A stretch of DNA of 64,000 bases. Origin: Pristiophorus japonicus (taxonomy: Eukaryota). Below the pieces are notes generated by a model. That model had not been told where the DNA came from. It did not search any database and was given only the letters and a program-made list of their open reading frames with translations. The position numbers and the translations under genes were made by a program. The stretch lies in the NCBI RefSeq assembly GCF_044704955.1, contig NC_091990.1:156674001-156738000 (forward strand), given 5' to 3'. Each line of letters begins with the position of its first letter. Positions within the stretch are counted from its first letter, which is position 1. Shown piece by piece: positions 38,180 through 50,250 of the stretch.

Positions 38180-41100
38180 CATACAGCAGTGCCTGGTCTC
38201 CAGTCGTCTTGGACCCTATTGCCACTGGACCATGACCTAGCTCCGTCAAGCCCGTGTGGTTGCTGGTGTGCAGCAGCCCCCCCATGTTAAAAGAACTCAT
38301 GCACAGGCATCTTCAACTTCGTTAATATGAAGTTCGGGACCTGGAAAGTCAGGACCCTCATGGACAATTCCAACAGCAACAGGCCGGAACGCCGCACCGC
38401 CATAGTTGCCCGGGAACGCAAGACATTTTGACATCGACATCGCCGCCCTAAGCGAGACCCGGCCGGCAGGGGAAGGCCAGCTCAAGGAACAAGGTGGAGG
38501 TTACACCTTTTTCTGGAAAGGAAAACCAGAGGAAGAACGCCGCCTTCACGGAGTCAGCTTCGCCGTCAAAAATGAGCTGGTCGACTGCCTCAAAGACTCC
38601 GCCTACGGGGTTAATGAACGCCTCATGACTCTTCATCTCATCCTATCCCGGAACCAAGGCGCCACAGTCATCAGTGCGTACGCCCCAACACTCGATGCAA
38701 TGGATGAGGCCAAAGAGGATTTTTATTCCAACCTCGAGACATCCCTGTCCCACGTCCCCACGGGCGACAAACTGATCCTCCTTGGTGACTTTAATGCCAG
38801 GGTCGGCAAAGACTCCCTCTGGGGAGGCGTGATTGGCAGAGAGGGGATAGAGAAAGCCAACTCCAGTGGTACCCTACTCCTGACAAAATGTCCAGAGCAT
38901 AAACTCATTACCAAAACTCTGTTCCGCCAGAGGGACAAATATAAGGCATCGTGGCAACATCCTCACTCCAAACACTGGCACCTGCTCGACTCGTCCGAGC
39001 TAGGGATCACAAGGATGTGTGCATCACCCGCGCCATGACAGGAGCGGACGACTGCTGGATGGACCACCACCTAATCCGATCCATCATCGATATTAAATTA
39101 GCCCCAAAGCAGAGGCGACAGCAGAAGCAGTGCCGTAAAAAAGTCAATGCCAGGGCACGTAAGGACCCAGCTCAGAGAGCCCTATACAGCCAGCACCCCA
39201 CAGCTAATCTGGCATACCTTGATGACCCAGAGATGCTGAATGCCCACAGCGCTTGGTCTGTCCTCTAGGCTTCTATAACCAGTGCCTGTGAAGAGACACT
39301 TGGTTACTCAACCAGAAAACATCAGGACTGGTTTGATGAAAATGATCAGGAGATCCAAGAACTAATAGATCGCAAGTGCAGAGCATTTCTGAGCCTCAAG
39401 CAACAACCCAACTCGGGAGCTACAAAACAACGTTGCAGACGGCTCAAGGCTGAGGTCCAACAAAAAACCCGAGACCTGAAGAACAAGTGGTGGATGGAGA
39501 AAGCACAGGAGATACAACAACTGGCCGACAGCCATGATATGCGAGGATTCTTCACTGCAGTCAAGGCCACCTACGGTCTAAACTCCTAAGGCCCCACCCC
39601 ACTCCTGGCCAAGAATGGGGAAACATGCATGAAGGACACCGAGACGGTCAGGGCCCGCTGAAAGGAGCACTTCGAAGATCTCCTCAAATCGAGACTCTGC
39701 CTTTGACTCAAGTGTTCTCTACTCCATCCCGCAGCACCTGACCGCCACCATCTCAGTGAAACCTCAACGTTGCATGAGGCAGGCAAAGCCATAAAACAGC
39801 TCAAGAATAACAAGGCTACGGCAGCAGATGGAATCCCTGCTGAGGCGCTAAAGTATGGCGGAGAGGCGCTGTTGGCGCGGATACATGACCTCATCTCTCT
39901 CATCTGGAGGGAGGAGAGCATGCCGGGAGATCTCAGAGATGCAATGATTGTGACCATCTTTAAAAAAGGGGACAAGTCCAACTGCAGCAACTACAGGGGA
40001 ATCTCCCTGCCATCAGCCACTGGGAAAGTTGTAGCTAGAGTTCTCCTTAATGTTCTTCTCCCTGTGGCCGAGGAGTTCCTCCCGGAATCAGTACGGATTT
40101 CATCCCCTACGGGGCACAACGGACATGATCTTTGCAGCACGACAGCAGCAGCAGTCCTTATACATGGCCTTTTTCGATCTTACAAAGGCATTTGACACGG
40201 TCAACCGTGAGCGCCTATGGAGCGTCCTCCTCCGTTTCGGATGCCCCCAAAAGTTTGTCAACATCCTTCGCTTGCACCATGACGACATACAGGCTAAGAT
40301 CCTTACCAATGGATCCATTACAGACTCAATCCCACGTCCGGACCAAGGTCAAACAGGGCTGTGTCATTGCACCAACCCTCTTAATTTTCCTCGCTGCCAT
40401 GCTCCACGTCACAGTCAACAAGTTCCCCGCTGGAGTGGAACTAAACTACAGAACCAGTGGGAAGCTGGTTAACCTACGCCACCTCCAGGCCAGGTCCAAG
40501 ATCACCTCAACCTCTGTCGTTGAGCTACAGTACGAGGACGACACCTGCTTCTGCACACATTGAAGCTGACTCCAGGATATATTCGATGTATTCACCGAGG
40601 CATATGAAAGCATGGGCCTTACGCTCAACATCCGTAAGACAAAGGTCCTCCACCAGCCTGGCCTCACCGCACACCTCTGTCCCCCAGTCATCAAGATTCA
40701 CGGCGTGGCCCTTGACAACGTGGACCATTTCCCATACCTCGGGAGCCTCTTAACAAGAGCAGACATTGATGCGGAGATTCAACACCGTCTCCAGTGCAGC
40801 CTTCGGCTGTCTGACGAAAAGAGTGTTCGAAGAACAGGCCGTCAAATCTACCACCAAGCTCATGGTCTACAGGGCTATAGTAATACCCGCCCTCCTGTAT
40901 GGCTCAAAGGCATGGACCATGTACAGTGGACACCTCAAGTCGCTGGAGATATATCACCAATGATGTCTCCGCAAGATCCTACAAATCCCCTGGGAGGACA
41001 GGCGCATCAACATCGGCGTCCCCAGCATTGAAGCACTGAGCACACATGATCAGCTCCGCTGGGCAGGCCACATAATTCGCATGCCAGACATGAGACTCCC

Positions 41101-41487
41101 AAAGCAAGTGCTCCTTCACGGCAAACGAGCCAAAGGTGGGCAGCGGAAACATTACAAGGACACCCTCAAAGCCTCCCTGATAAAGTGCGACATCACCACT
41201 GACATCTGGGAGTCCTTGGCCGAAGACCGACCTAGGTGGAGAAAGTGCATCCGGGAGGGCGTTGAGCTCTTCTAATCTCAACACTGAGAGCGTGAAGAGG
41301 TCAAGCGCAGGCAGCGGAAGGAGCGTGCGGCAAACCAGTCCCACACACCCGTTCCCTCGGCGAATATCTGTCCCGCCTGTGACAGAGTCTGTGGCTCTCG
41401 TATTGGATTGTTCAGCCACCAAAGAACTCACTTCAGGAGTGGAAGCAAGTCTTCCTCGATTCCGAGGGACTGCCTATGATGATGATA
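38180..41487 (+). mobile_element. RTE-clade LINE, near full-length and degenerate, inserted in the LTR element
   Basis: APE endonuclease (DIAALSETR, ISAYAPT, LLGDFNARVG), RT (YGFHPLRGTTDMIF, FFDLTKAFDTVNR, VKQGCVIAP), C-terminal LRWAGHI.RMPD.RLPKQ and a (GAT)n tail. Confidence 0.92.
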
Positions 41488-41691
41488 CCTTACGAGGTGG
41501 GGACCAAGTCAGGCCATTCACTTTTCTCTTTCTCTCAAAGTTTAAAACCCATTATCCAGCGGTCATCCAGCTCACAGAAACATAAACAGCAGAGCTATCA
41601 GAACCCTCTCAATGTTTATGATATGTGAGCCCCGAGGAGATAAACCAAATGAGGAGTCAATAAGGATATTTCCCCCTCAAGGTGGAGAGTT

Positions 41692-41982
41692 TGTAAGAAT
41701 AAAAGTGTTTATTAATGATAAGATTGATTCTGTATGTATAAATGTTGAAGGTGAGATTATACCAGCCGAAACAGCAAGCCATGGGTTCAGCCAGCCAGAG
41801 GAGTGATGTTTACCTTTTTATAAATCATTATTGAAACTTTGTATCTGTTGTAACTAAGTCGATCCGTAGGATAGCCGACGACTGCTGATAAATGTGCATG
41901 TGTGTGTTTAATAAACTATTCCGAATTGTTTTAAAAGAATCAGTCTCACTGTCAATTTAATGCCAGAGATTGAGATCTTACA
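41692..41982 (+). repeat. 3' LTR (internal deletion)
   Basis: TGTAAG...CTTACA, AATAAA at ~41910, followed by the TSD CACC. Confidence 0.9.
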
Positions 41983-42792
41983 CACCTCAGACAGCAAGAC
42001 TGCCTCAGCCGACAATACAAATGCCAAGTAGTGTGCAGTCGGTCACAAGTAAAGGAGGGTAAAGATAACGCCAATCTGGAGCCCAAGGCTATCACGGCAC
42101 AGACCGGTGAAGTAGTTCAGCCATCATTGTCCTGTACAGACCTCACTCAGCCACAGGAAATATATTAGCATCAGAAAGACTGATCTGGTGATGTTTCATC
42201 TTGTCATTTATCTTATTGCTGTTTGTGACAGCTTGCTGTGCACAAATTGGCTGCCATCATTCCTATATTACAATAGTGACTACACCTCCAAAGTACAAAG
42301 TGCAAAGAACTTTGGTACATTCGGACGTCGTGAAAGATGCCATTATAAGACAATTTCAAAACTTAAAACTTGAAAACAACTGCACATATGCAAACTTACA
42401 CAGGGGCAACTGCTTTAAAGTGCATCTTGCTATGGAAAAACTGCTCAGCATAATAAAAACCGAGTGGCTTAAACAGTACCAGAACTGGGAACCAGTATTG
42501 GAGAGTTACTTCAATTCACTATGCAGTTCTTCAATATATAACATTAAATGGTGACAAACAGAACTCATTAATATGAAATTCATCTGGTCAGGGAGAATAA
42601 ATCTACTGGTCCTGCATCCAATTTTGCAATCTATGCCCAAAGATATTTTGCCATTAAAACTTAACTTGTGATCTAACAAGGGGAAAAAATGCAATAAACA
42701 GATGTAGATTTCAGAGTTCAGCAAACCGGTTGCAAAATTACGTTGCCATACAAAGAACAAAACTGACACAATGGGGGGGGGGGGGGGGGGGG

Positions 42793-43660
42793 AGGGGAGA
42801 ATTTTAACCTTAAAAAAAAACAGGTGGGTTAGGAGCAGGGGTTAGTTAAATTGTTAAAAAAAAGTCAGAAACCCGAACTGAACCCGCCTTCCAGAGGCAG
42901 GAAAGGAGCAGGAACGGAGGTGGACAGCCAAACTGTTGCCAGGAGGCAGAACGTCAAATTAAATACTATAATGAGACTGGAAGCCTCTTCTTTAACCTCC
43001 ATTTTGTGTTTAACCGCAGCTGGTCGGGTTTTACACTTGTAAAACCAGGCAGTTACAGCAAGGCAGGAGCTGTGCATCCAGGAGGCAAGTGCCTTTTTCC
43101 TACCTCCTGGATCCAGGGTCCCTGCCTAATCCAACCCCCTCCACGAGGCCTCCGATCGCTTTCCCAGAGCCCTGCACCAATGATCCCGAGGCCGGCCCCG
43201 ATCTTTCCACCACCCCTTCTCCTCTGGAGAAAGTCCCGGTGCTTCCCTTTCTCCAACACCCCGCCTCTTCCCCAACCATCCTCTGGAGGATAGCTCTGAT
43301 TTCCTCGCCCCCTCCCACCGGAGATCCTCTCTTCCACCACCCCCACTGTCCACAATCCTCTCATACACTCCCTCACTTTCCCTCCCCCCCACCTCTCCCC
43401 AACAATCCCCTGGAGGCTGAGCCCGGCCCCCACTAAATCCCTCCCCTGCATGGCCTAGTGCCGCAGGCCTATCTGCCGCAGCCAGCCAGCCTCTCCGCTG
43501 CAGCCAGCCAGCCTGTCCATCTGGCTGGCTGCGGGCGGGAAAACAAGGGCCTCGCATGAAAATCAGGCCCCGCCATTAAAGTTGATAGGGCCTGTGGGAA
43601 ACCTTTTCTCCCAGGTTTCCCGGCCATCTCCAACCCACCTTCCCCATTAAAATCCAATCC
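42793..43660. mobile_element. Harbinger-like MITE with a C-rich core
   Basis: GGGGAGAATTTTAA ... TTAAAATCCAATCC imperfect TIRs. Confidence 0.55.
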
Positions 43661-44685
43661 AAGAACTCTAAAGGACTATTTAAAGAGTGCAACTGAAGAT
43701 AGAAGTGTGAGAATATCTTAGCAGGCTTAAGAGGCAAGCGAACGCATCAGTAAAATGGCATTTAAGTTTATCAAATATTTGTTGGAACTTTGCAGAGTGT
43801 TTCATGATGAATTCCAGCATGGCATCAATTCCAGTTGCATTAAAAGCACCGAGAGCCAAGATCTTAGAAAACTCATAGGAGTAAAAGAACATTGAACAGA
43901 GACTACGGTGTATAATATAGACCCGTACGGTGGCAGTGGTTGATGAAAATAAGGCAAGCTTAATGTGCTGTACAGCTATAGATACAATAAACTGCCTAAT
44001 GATTGCTGTGTAGGATACCTGCCAAATAGTTTCAGATTTAGTACATTTTTTCTGTTTTCCAACAGAATGTGCTCAAAAAATCTATCCATATGATTTTATG
44101 TCCCACTTTAACAGGGCCCTCCTTGCCTATACTCAATTACAGATTTCTACCAATGAACTAGGAGTGTCAGCCATGGCTCAGTTGATAGCACTCTCTCCTC
44201 GGAGCCAGTTGGTTGTGGGTTCAAGTCCCACTCCAGAGATTTGAGCTTAAAAATCCAGGTTGACACTCCAGTACTGAGGGAGTGCTGCACTGTCGGATGT
44301 GCCGCTTTTAAGATGATATGTTAAACCGGGGCCCAATCTGCTCTCAGATGGGCGTGAAAATCCCATTGCACTATTTTGAAAAAGAACAGGGAAGTTATAC
44401 CGGGGGGCCAAAATTCAGCACCGCTAGAAACCTGGCACTCCTCCTGACTTCTTTGGGCCCGATATTCAGCTCCAAAAGTCAAAAAATAGGTTCCAGTGCT
44501 AAGGAACCCTTGCAAAGTGCATTTTTTTTTAGCGGTGTGGCTGTCTTCATTGGAGCAGAATTCCCACGAAGAAATTCAGCATGCAGGCAAGTGTTTCCAA
44601 CGAGCCAGCTGCTCCCTGGCCTTTTTAAAGGTCAGGGTTTGCAGCTAGGCCCAGGGGGCAGGGGAGAAAGAGAAGGATGGCTGGC

Positions 44686-46780
44686 ATGAGAGCAGGAAGG
44701 AGGGCAAATAGGTTTACAGATGTGGAGCTCGAGACCCTGATTGCAAGGTGTGGAGGGTAGACAGCCAGTAATGTGGGGAGACCAAGCAGACAGGTGATAA
44801 ATAACTGCTGGAATGAGATAGCAGAGTTGGTGTCAGGCACCTCGATATATCAGAGGACACCAGTGCATTCTGGAAGAGATTCCACCAACTGCCGACCTTG
44901 CATCCGCGACACTCTCCTTCAACATGCTCTTATTTCCCATACTCACTGTTTAGTCACTCAACCAACATTTCATTTTTCACGCTTCTATATTTTTGTGTGT
45001 GTGTTCTCACAATGGAGGCTCCCGTTTATCTCACACTTTCAGCTGCAGGTCATGGACAAACACTTGTGCACACATTCCTAATGCGTCATCACAGTCATAC
45101 TCAACAACCATGCTTTCTTTTGCAGGCTAAATTGGCACACAATAGAGGTGCGCGAAGGATGACCGGTGATGGTGATGCAGACATACAGGGGCTCACACCT
45201 TTAGAGCAGAGGGCTCAGATCGGCGGCCATGCTGTATTTCCTGTGGCTGACGGTCGTGCAGCCATCGAAGTGGGTAAGTGACATCTCTCCTTCAATGCGC
45301 CAGCGCCTACCATTCCTTTCCTTCATGGAAGTCTGCTAGTTGCATCCTCCATGACTTCATCCCCCATGACTTCATCCCCCACCTCCCCCTCACGGCAGCC
45401 CTTCTCCCATTTATGCTTGCAGATGACATTCCCCCTGTGGGCAGCGGAACTGGCGACACCGATATGGGCAGCATGGGTAAGTGAGGCCTTCGTTGAATGT
45501 GCTCGTTACTTGAATGCGCCAGTGTCGACTGTGCTTTTCTGTCCAAAGAGTGCTAGTTGCAGGCTCCATGCGTCAATCCCCCACCTCCCCCTCACGGTAA
45601 ACCTTCTCCCATTTATGCTTGCAGATGAAACACGGAGTGGCAGCACAGCACAAATGGACACACCACCTGCAGACCTGAAGCACAGGCCTGTGGACAAAAG
45701 CCCTCCAATCTCGACCAGCACTGATGATGACATTGAGGCCTCAAGCGATGGAGATCTTCGTCAGCACTCCCCGGCTCATCCAGACAACTGATGAGGGATG
45801 AAGAGGGATGAGGGATGAAGAGGGATGAGGGATGATGAGGGGTGAGGGATGATGAGGGGTGAGGGATGATGAGGGGTGAGGGGTGAGGGGTGACACAGTG
45901 GCACAAGCGCGTCACTGCTTCCACCCACACATGCCAACTCAAATACTGGCGGGAGCGCGTGGTCTGAAGTAGTTGAGATGGTAGGTGGGGCAGCACTGGG
46001 TGTTGCATCAGGGACTAGCGAGCTGCAGCATGGTGATAGGGCTAGGCAACCTTAGTTGCCACCTCTCCCGGGGGGTGCCGGGAGTCTGCACCGGAGTTCT
46101 GTTGACAAGGACTCAGATGATGCCATCGATGTATTGGCTTACGAGAGAAGGGTGGAGGCCATGCATTCCCAGGTGTTGGGGGCACTGGCAAAGGTGCCAG
46201 AGAGCCTGTCGGAAGTGGTGAAGAGCATGGAGTAGTCCGCCACCTGCATATTCGACAGCTCTGCGCACTCCACGTAGCCCATCATTGCCAGTGTGCAGAC
46301 GATGGTGGGCTCCCAGGTTGTCCATGCGAATCCAACTGTGCTGTAACCTGCAGGTGATGTGGCAGCTGCCATTTCAGCACAGGCATGAGCGAACAATCGC
46401 ATCGGTGCTGGAATGGAGAGGATTGCTGCGGCCCTGGAAGCTCAGAATGTTCTTATGCTCTCTGGGCAACAGGCCACGGAGCATCTTACTGCTGCCATCT
46501 CTGGTGGATTGGAAACTGTGGCTGCTCTTATGCAGTCTCAGCTCGATGCCACCAGACACCTCAGTGTTGCATCCGCAGCTGGGACCAACACGGGCCGCAA
46601 GGAACCTTCCAGTTTCATGCCGCTGCACCGACCTGACCTCGCTCACCTTGGTGGTGGTGTAAGGTGCCGCCCCGCGGGGAGTGATGCAGACTCCTCAGAC
46701 CAGGATCTTGATGATGTGCTCTCAGGATCACAGCATTCCTGGCCCCCGACCTCCACACATGGTTCCACCCGAGCCACTAC
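44686..46780 (+). pseudogene. Harbinger Myb/SANT-like DNA-binding protein gene (multi-exon, frameshifted)
   Basis: MRAGRRANRFTDVELETLI...CWNEIAELVSGTSIYQRT; ttgcag|AKLAHNRGARRMTGDG...LTPLEQR; 3' end approximate. Confidence 0.75.
45790..45892. repeat. GATGAGG/GATGAGGGG simple repeat
   Basis: Tandem GATGA(G)n units visible directly. Confidence 0.9.
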
Positions 46781-46782
46781 CT

Positions 46783-47805
46783 TCCTTTTCAGAATGGCAG
46801 GCAGTGACTAGTGGGGTACCGCAAGGTTCAGTGCTGGGACCCCAGCTATTTACAATATACATCAATGATTTGGACGAAGGAATTGAATGTAATATCTCCA
46901 AGTGTGCAGATGACACTAAGCTGGGTGGCAGCGTGAGCTGTAAGGAGGATGCTAAGAGGCTGCAGGGTGACTTGGACAGGTTAGTTGAGTGGGCAAATAC
47001 ATGGCAGATGCGGTATAATGTTGATAAATGTGAGGTTATCCACTTTGGTGGTAAAAACAGGAAGGCAGATTATTATCTGAATGGTGTCTGCTTAGTAAAG
47101 GGGGAGGTGCAACGAGACCCGGGTGTCATGGTTCATCAGTCATTGAAAGTTGCCATACAGGTACAGCAGGCGGTGAAGGCGGCAAATGGCATGTTGGCCT
47201 TCATAGCGAGAGGATTTGAGTATAGGAGCAGGGAGGTCTTACTGCAGTTGTACAAGGCCTTGGTAAGGCCACACCTGGAGTATTGTGTGCAGTTTTGGTC
47301 TCCTAATCTGAGGAAGGACATTCTTGCTATTGAGGGAGTGCAGCGAAGGTTCACCAGGCTGATTCCCGGGATGACAAGACTGACATATGAAGAAAGACTG
47401 GATCGATTAGGCTTATATTCAATGGATTTTAGAAGAATTAGATTCTGACTGGATTGGACAGATTAGATGCAGGAAGAATGTCCCCGATGTTGGGGGAAGT
47501 CCAGAACCAGTGGTCACAGTCTAAGGATAAGGGGTAAGCCATTTAGGACTGAGATGAGGAGAAACTTCTTCACTCAGAGAATTGTGAACCTGTGGAATTC
47601 TCCACCGCAGAGAGTTGTCGAAGCCAGTTCGTTAGATATATTCAAAAGGGAGTTAGATGTGGCCCTTAAGGCTAAAGGGATCAAGGGATATGGAGAGAAA
47701 GCAGGAATGGGGTACTGAAGTTGCATGATCAGCCATGATCATATTGAATGGTGGTGCAGGCTCGAAGGGCCAAATGGCCTGCTCCTGCACCTATTTTTTA
47801 TGTTT
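46783..47805 (+). mobile_element. 5'-truncated CR1 LINE inside the Harbinger element
   Basis: FSEWQAVTSGVPQGSVLGP...RRNFFTQR and the 3' UTR. Confidence 0.95.
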
Positions 47806-48235
47806 CCCAGAAGGGTGCTGGCCAGTCTGCATCCAGCCCTTCCAGGCCCAAAGGTGTTTGAGGGAGTCCTAGAAGGACAGCTGTAGCTCCCACACAACAA
47901 ACATAGCAGCTTTCCCAGACCCATGATGCAGCCACAGGGGAGACACTTAGGTGTAGTGTGAGGGGCGTTACGCACAAAAGGTGTTATAAGGACATGCACA
48001 AGGGTAAGCGATAATTATTGTTGTTAGTTGATGGGAGTCTTTTTGTTTATGTTGTGTTTTTGCACTGAATTGAGTATTTTGATAAATCTTTACTTTTGGC
48101 ACGTATCTGGCCAGGTGTTTCATTTGGGAGTGGGCAATTTTGCATGAAGGCACTCATTGTGATGGCCATTTAAAGTGGGAGCTGAAGGGTCATGTGTGGC
48201 TGGGATTAACTGAAGCGAGCAGCTATGAGATGCAG

Positions 48236-49288
48236 CTACACCTCCCTTGCAGGATGGCGAGGAGGACGACGCCTCCTAGCTCGGTGGCGACTGGGATCCT
48301 CCTCCACATCAGGTGGCACTGCTAGTTCGACCTCCAGCAGCTGGCCCCTCAGGACGGCCAGATTGAGCAGCATGCAGCAGACCACCATGAATATGGAGAC
48401 CTGCTGAGGAGAGTACTGCAAGGTGCCACCAGAGCGGTTCAGGCAACGGAACCTCTGCTTAAGGATCCCAATGCAGTGCTCGATGATGTACCTGGTGGCA
48501 CAATGAGCGTCATTGTATGCATGCTCTGGCGCTGTCCTGGGGTTCTGCAGTGGAGTGAGCAACCAGGTGGACAGGGGATATCCCTTGTCCCCAAGCAGCC
48601 AACCGCAATCCTGATTCGGGTCGGTGAAGAGGGCAGGCAAACTGGTCTGGCGCAGAAGGAAGGAATCATGGCTGCTTCCTGGGTACTTCGCATCAACTGC
48701 CAGGATCCGACGCTGGTGGTCACACACAAGCTGCAGATTTAGCAAGTGGAAGCCCTTGCAGTTCACAAAGATCTTGGGGTGATGCCGTGGTGCCCTCAGC
48801 CCAACGTGTGTGCAGTCTATCGCATCCTGCACCCTCGGGAAGCCTGCAATTCGGGCAAATCCATCCTGCGCTGCACCTCCTTGTCCCTCGTCATAGGGAA
48901 AGAGATGTCCTGCAACCTTCTCCTGTAGAGTGCATCTGTGACCTGCCGAATGCACCAACGTGCGGAGAATTGCGGGATGTTGCCAATGTCTGCAGTGGCA
49001 GACTAGAAAGACCATGTGGCATAAAATTTCAAGGCGATGGTCACCTTGGTATCTACGATCAGGGCAGTCCTCAGCGTTGAGGGGCTGGAGATCTTCGTGC
49101 AGGACAGTATAGAGCTCCCCGAGTACGTCTTTCCTAAATCTTAAGCCTTCGCAGGCATTGCTCATCACTGAGCTGGAGGAAGGAGAACCGAGGCCTATAG
49201 ACCCTTTGAGGGTAGGGCCTCCTTCCCCCACCTCTGCGTTGGCCACCTCCCCTGGCAGCTGGATGATGTCCATCTCCCTCCTGGCCAC
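48236..49288 (-). pseudogene. Harbinger (HARBI1-like) DDE transposase; C-terminal half in frame, N-terminal half frameshifted
   Basis: GFPRVQDAIDCTHV, NCKGFH.LN.Q.VCD, YPGSSHDS, WLLGDKGYP, YN.AH..TR.IIE...G.LK.RFRCL. Confidence 0.92.
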
Positions 49289-50250
49289 CCTCTCTAGCTA
49301 CACGTCTGGGTACATCTGCAGACCCATCTCTCATGGTTGCTGCCTCCCTTGCCCGCTGATGGCGACGCCTTCTCCTGCGTGCTGCTCTGCGTCTGCCAGG
49401 TGTTGCCCTGCCAACACTGATCCCATTCTTTTTCAGGCTGCACCCTGCTAAGCAGGCCTCTGCAGCACAGAATGAGGCCTACAGGCCTCCACTAAAGACT
49501 AAGAGCCGAAAGTCCTCAGAACTCACAATATCTCTGAACATCACTCAACAGGTTCAATGCAGGGGAAAAAACATAAGCAAAGCTTTCCTCCAAAAATCGC
49601 CCCAATCGCGGGAATAGTCCGTTAACCTCGTCCAGTGGTGTCGCGTTCCACGGCCAAGTGAACCGACAAAAACCTGGTGGGCTCACTGCTGAAAAAAAAT
49701 CTCAAGTGCTGAAAATGGGTGGCATAGCCACGTAGCAGTGGTGCGCAGTCTGATGACATCACCACAGCCCCTTTATCGCTGTTTCACCCCGCCGATTTCA
49801 GCAGAAGTGTGCACCGTTGGAACCCCCTCTGAGCTGAATACGCTTTTTGGGGGGGGGGGGGGGCGGGGGGGTGGGGGGAGACAATGCACCGGAACACGGC
49901 GGCCGATCGATTTTTCAGATCGCTCGCTGAAAACCCGCGTTAACAGTCCCTCCAGGGACGCTGTATTTCGTCCCACTGGTGTCCTGGCCAATATTTATCC
50001 TTCAATCAACATCACTAAAAAAAAAAGATTCTCTGATTATTATCACATGGCTGTTTGCAGGAGTTTGCTATGCACAAGTTAGTTGCCCCATTTCCTACAT
50101 TGCAACAGTGACTACACTCCAAAAAGTACTTCATTTGCTGTAAAGTGCTTCAGGATGTCCTGAGGTCGTGAAATGCGCAAGTCTTTCTTTTTCTTTAACT
50201 ATTTAGTCAGCCACTCGGTGATGTAAATCAAGAACTTGCAAAAACTAATG

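Larger units (their letters stand above)
29768..41982 (+). mobile_element. Degenerate LTR retroelement / endogenous retrovirus-like provirus (lokiretrovirus/Odin-like pol) with nested CR1 and RTE insertions
   Basis: Termini TGTAAG (29768) and CTTACA (41982); 4-bp TSD CACC/CACC; two homologous LTRs; purine-rich tract AAGGTGGAGAG before the 3' LTR; gag-PR-RT-tether-RH-IN order. Confidence 0.92.
44403..49975. mobile_element. Decayed autonomous PIF/Harbinger DNA transposon
   Basis: TIRs GGGGCCAAAATTCAGC / GCTGTATTTCGTCCCA (12/16); approximate 3-bp TSD CCG/CTG; convergent Myb-like and transposase genes. Confidence 0.9.
44165..50190 (+). mobile_element. tRNA-derived Deu-domain SINE split in two (44165-44402 and 49976-50190) by the Harbinger insertion
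   Basis: Box A TGGCTCAGTTGA and box B GGTTCAAGTCC; the body resumes after the transposon at CTGGTGTCCTGGCCAATATTTATCC. Confidence 0.8.

Noticed and set aside
42773-42797. Long poly-G runs (also ~28026-28040 and ~49849-49878) as functional G-quadruplexes
   Set aside because: These are homopolymers of uncertain length at repeat edges, with no supporting context.
48236-49288. Host HARBI1 gene
   Set aside because: It lies inside TIRs with a TSD and a partner Myb gene, and is frameshifted, so it is a transposon copy rather than the domesticated gene.
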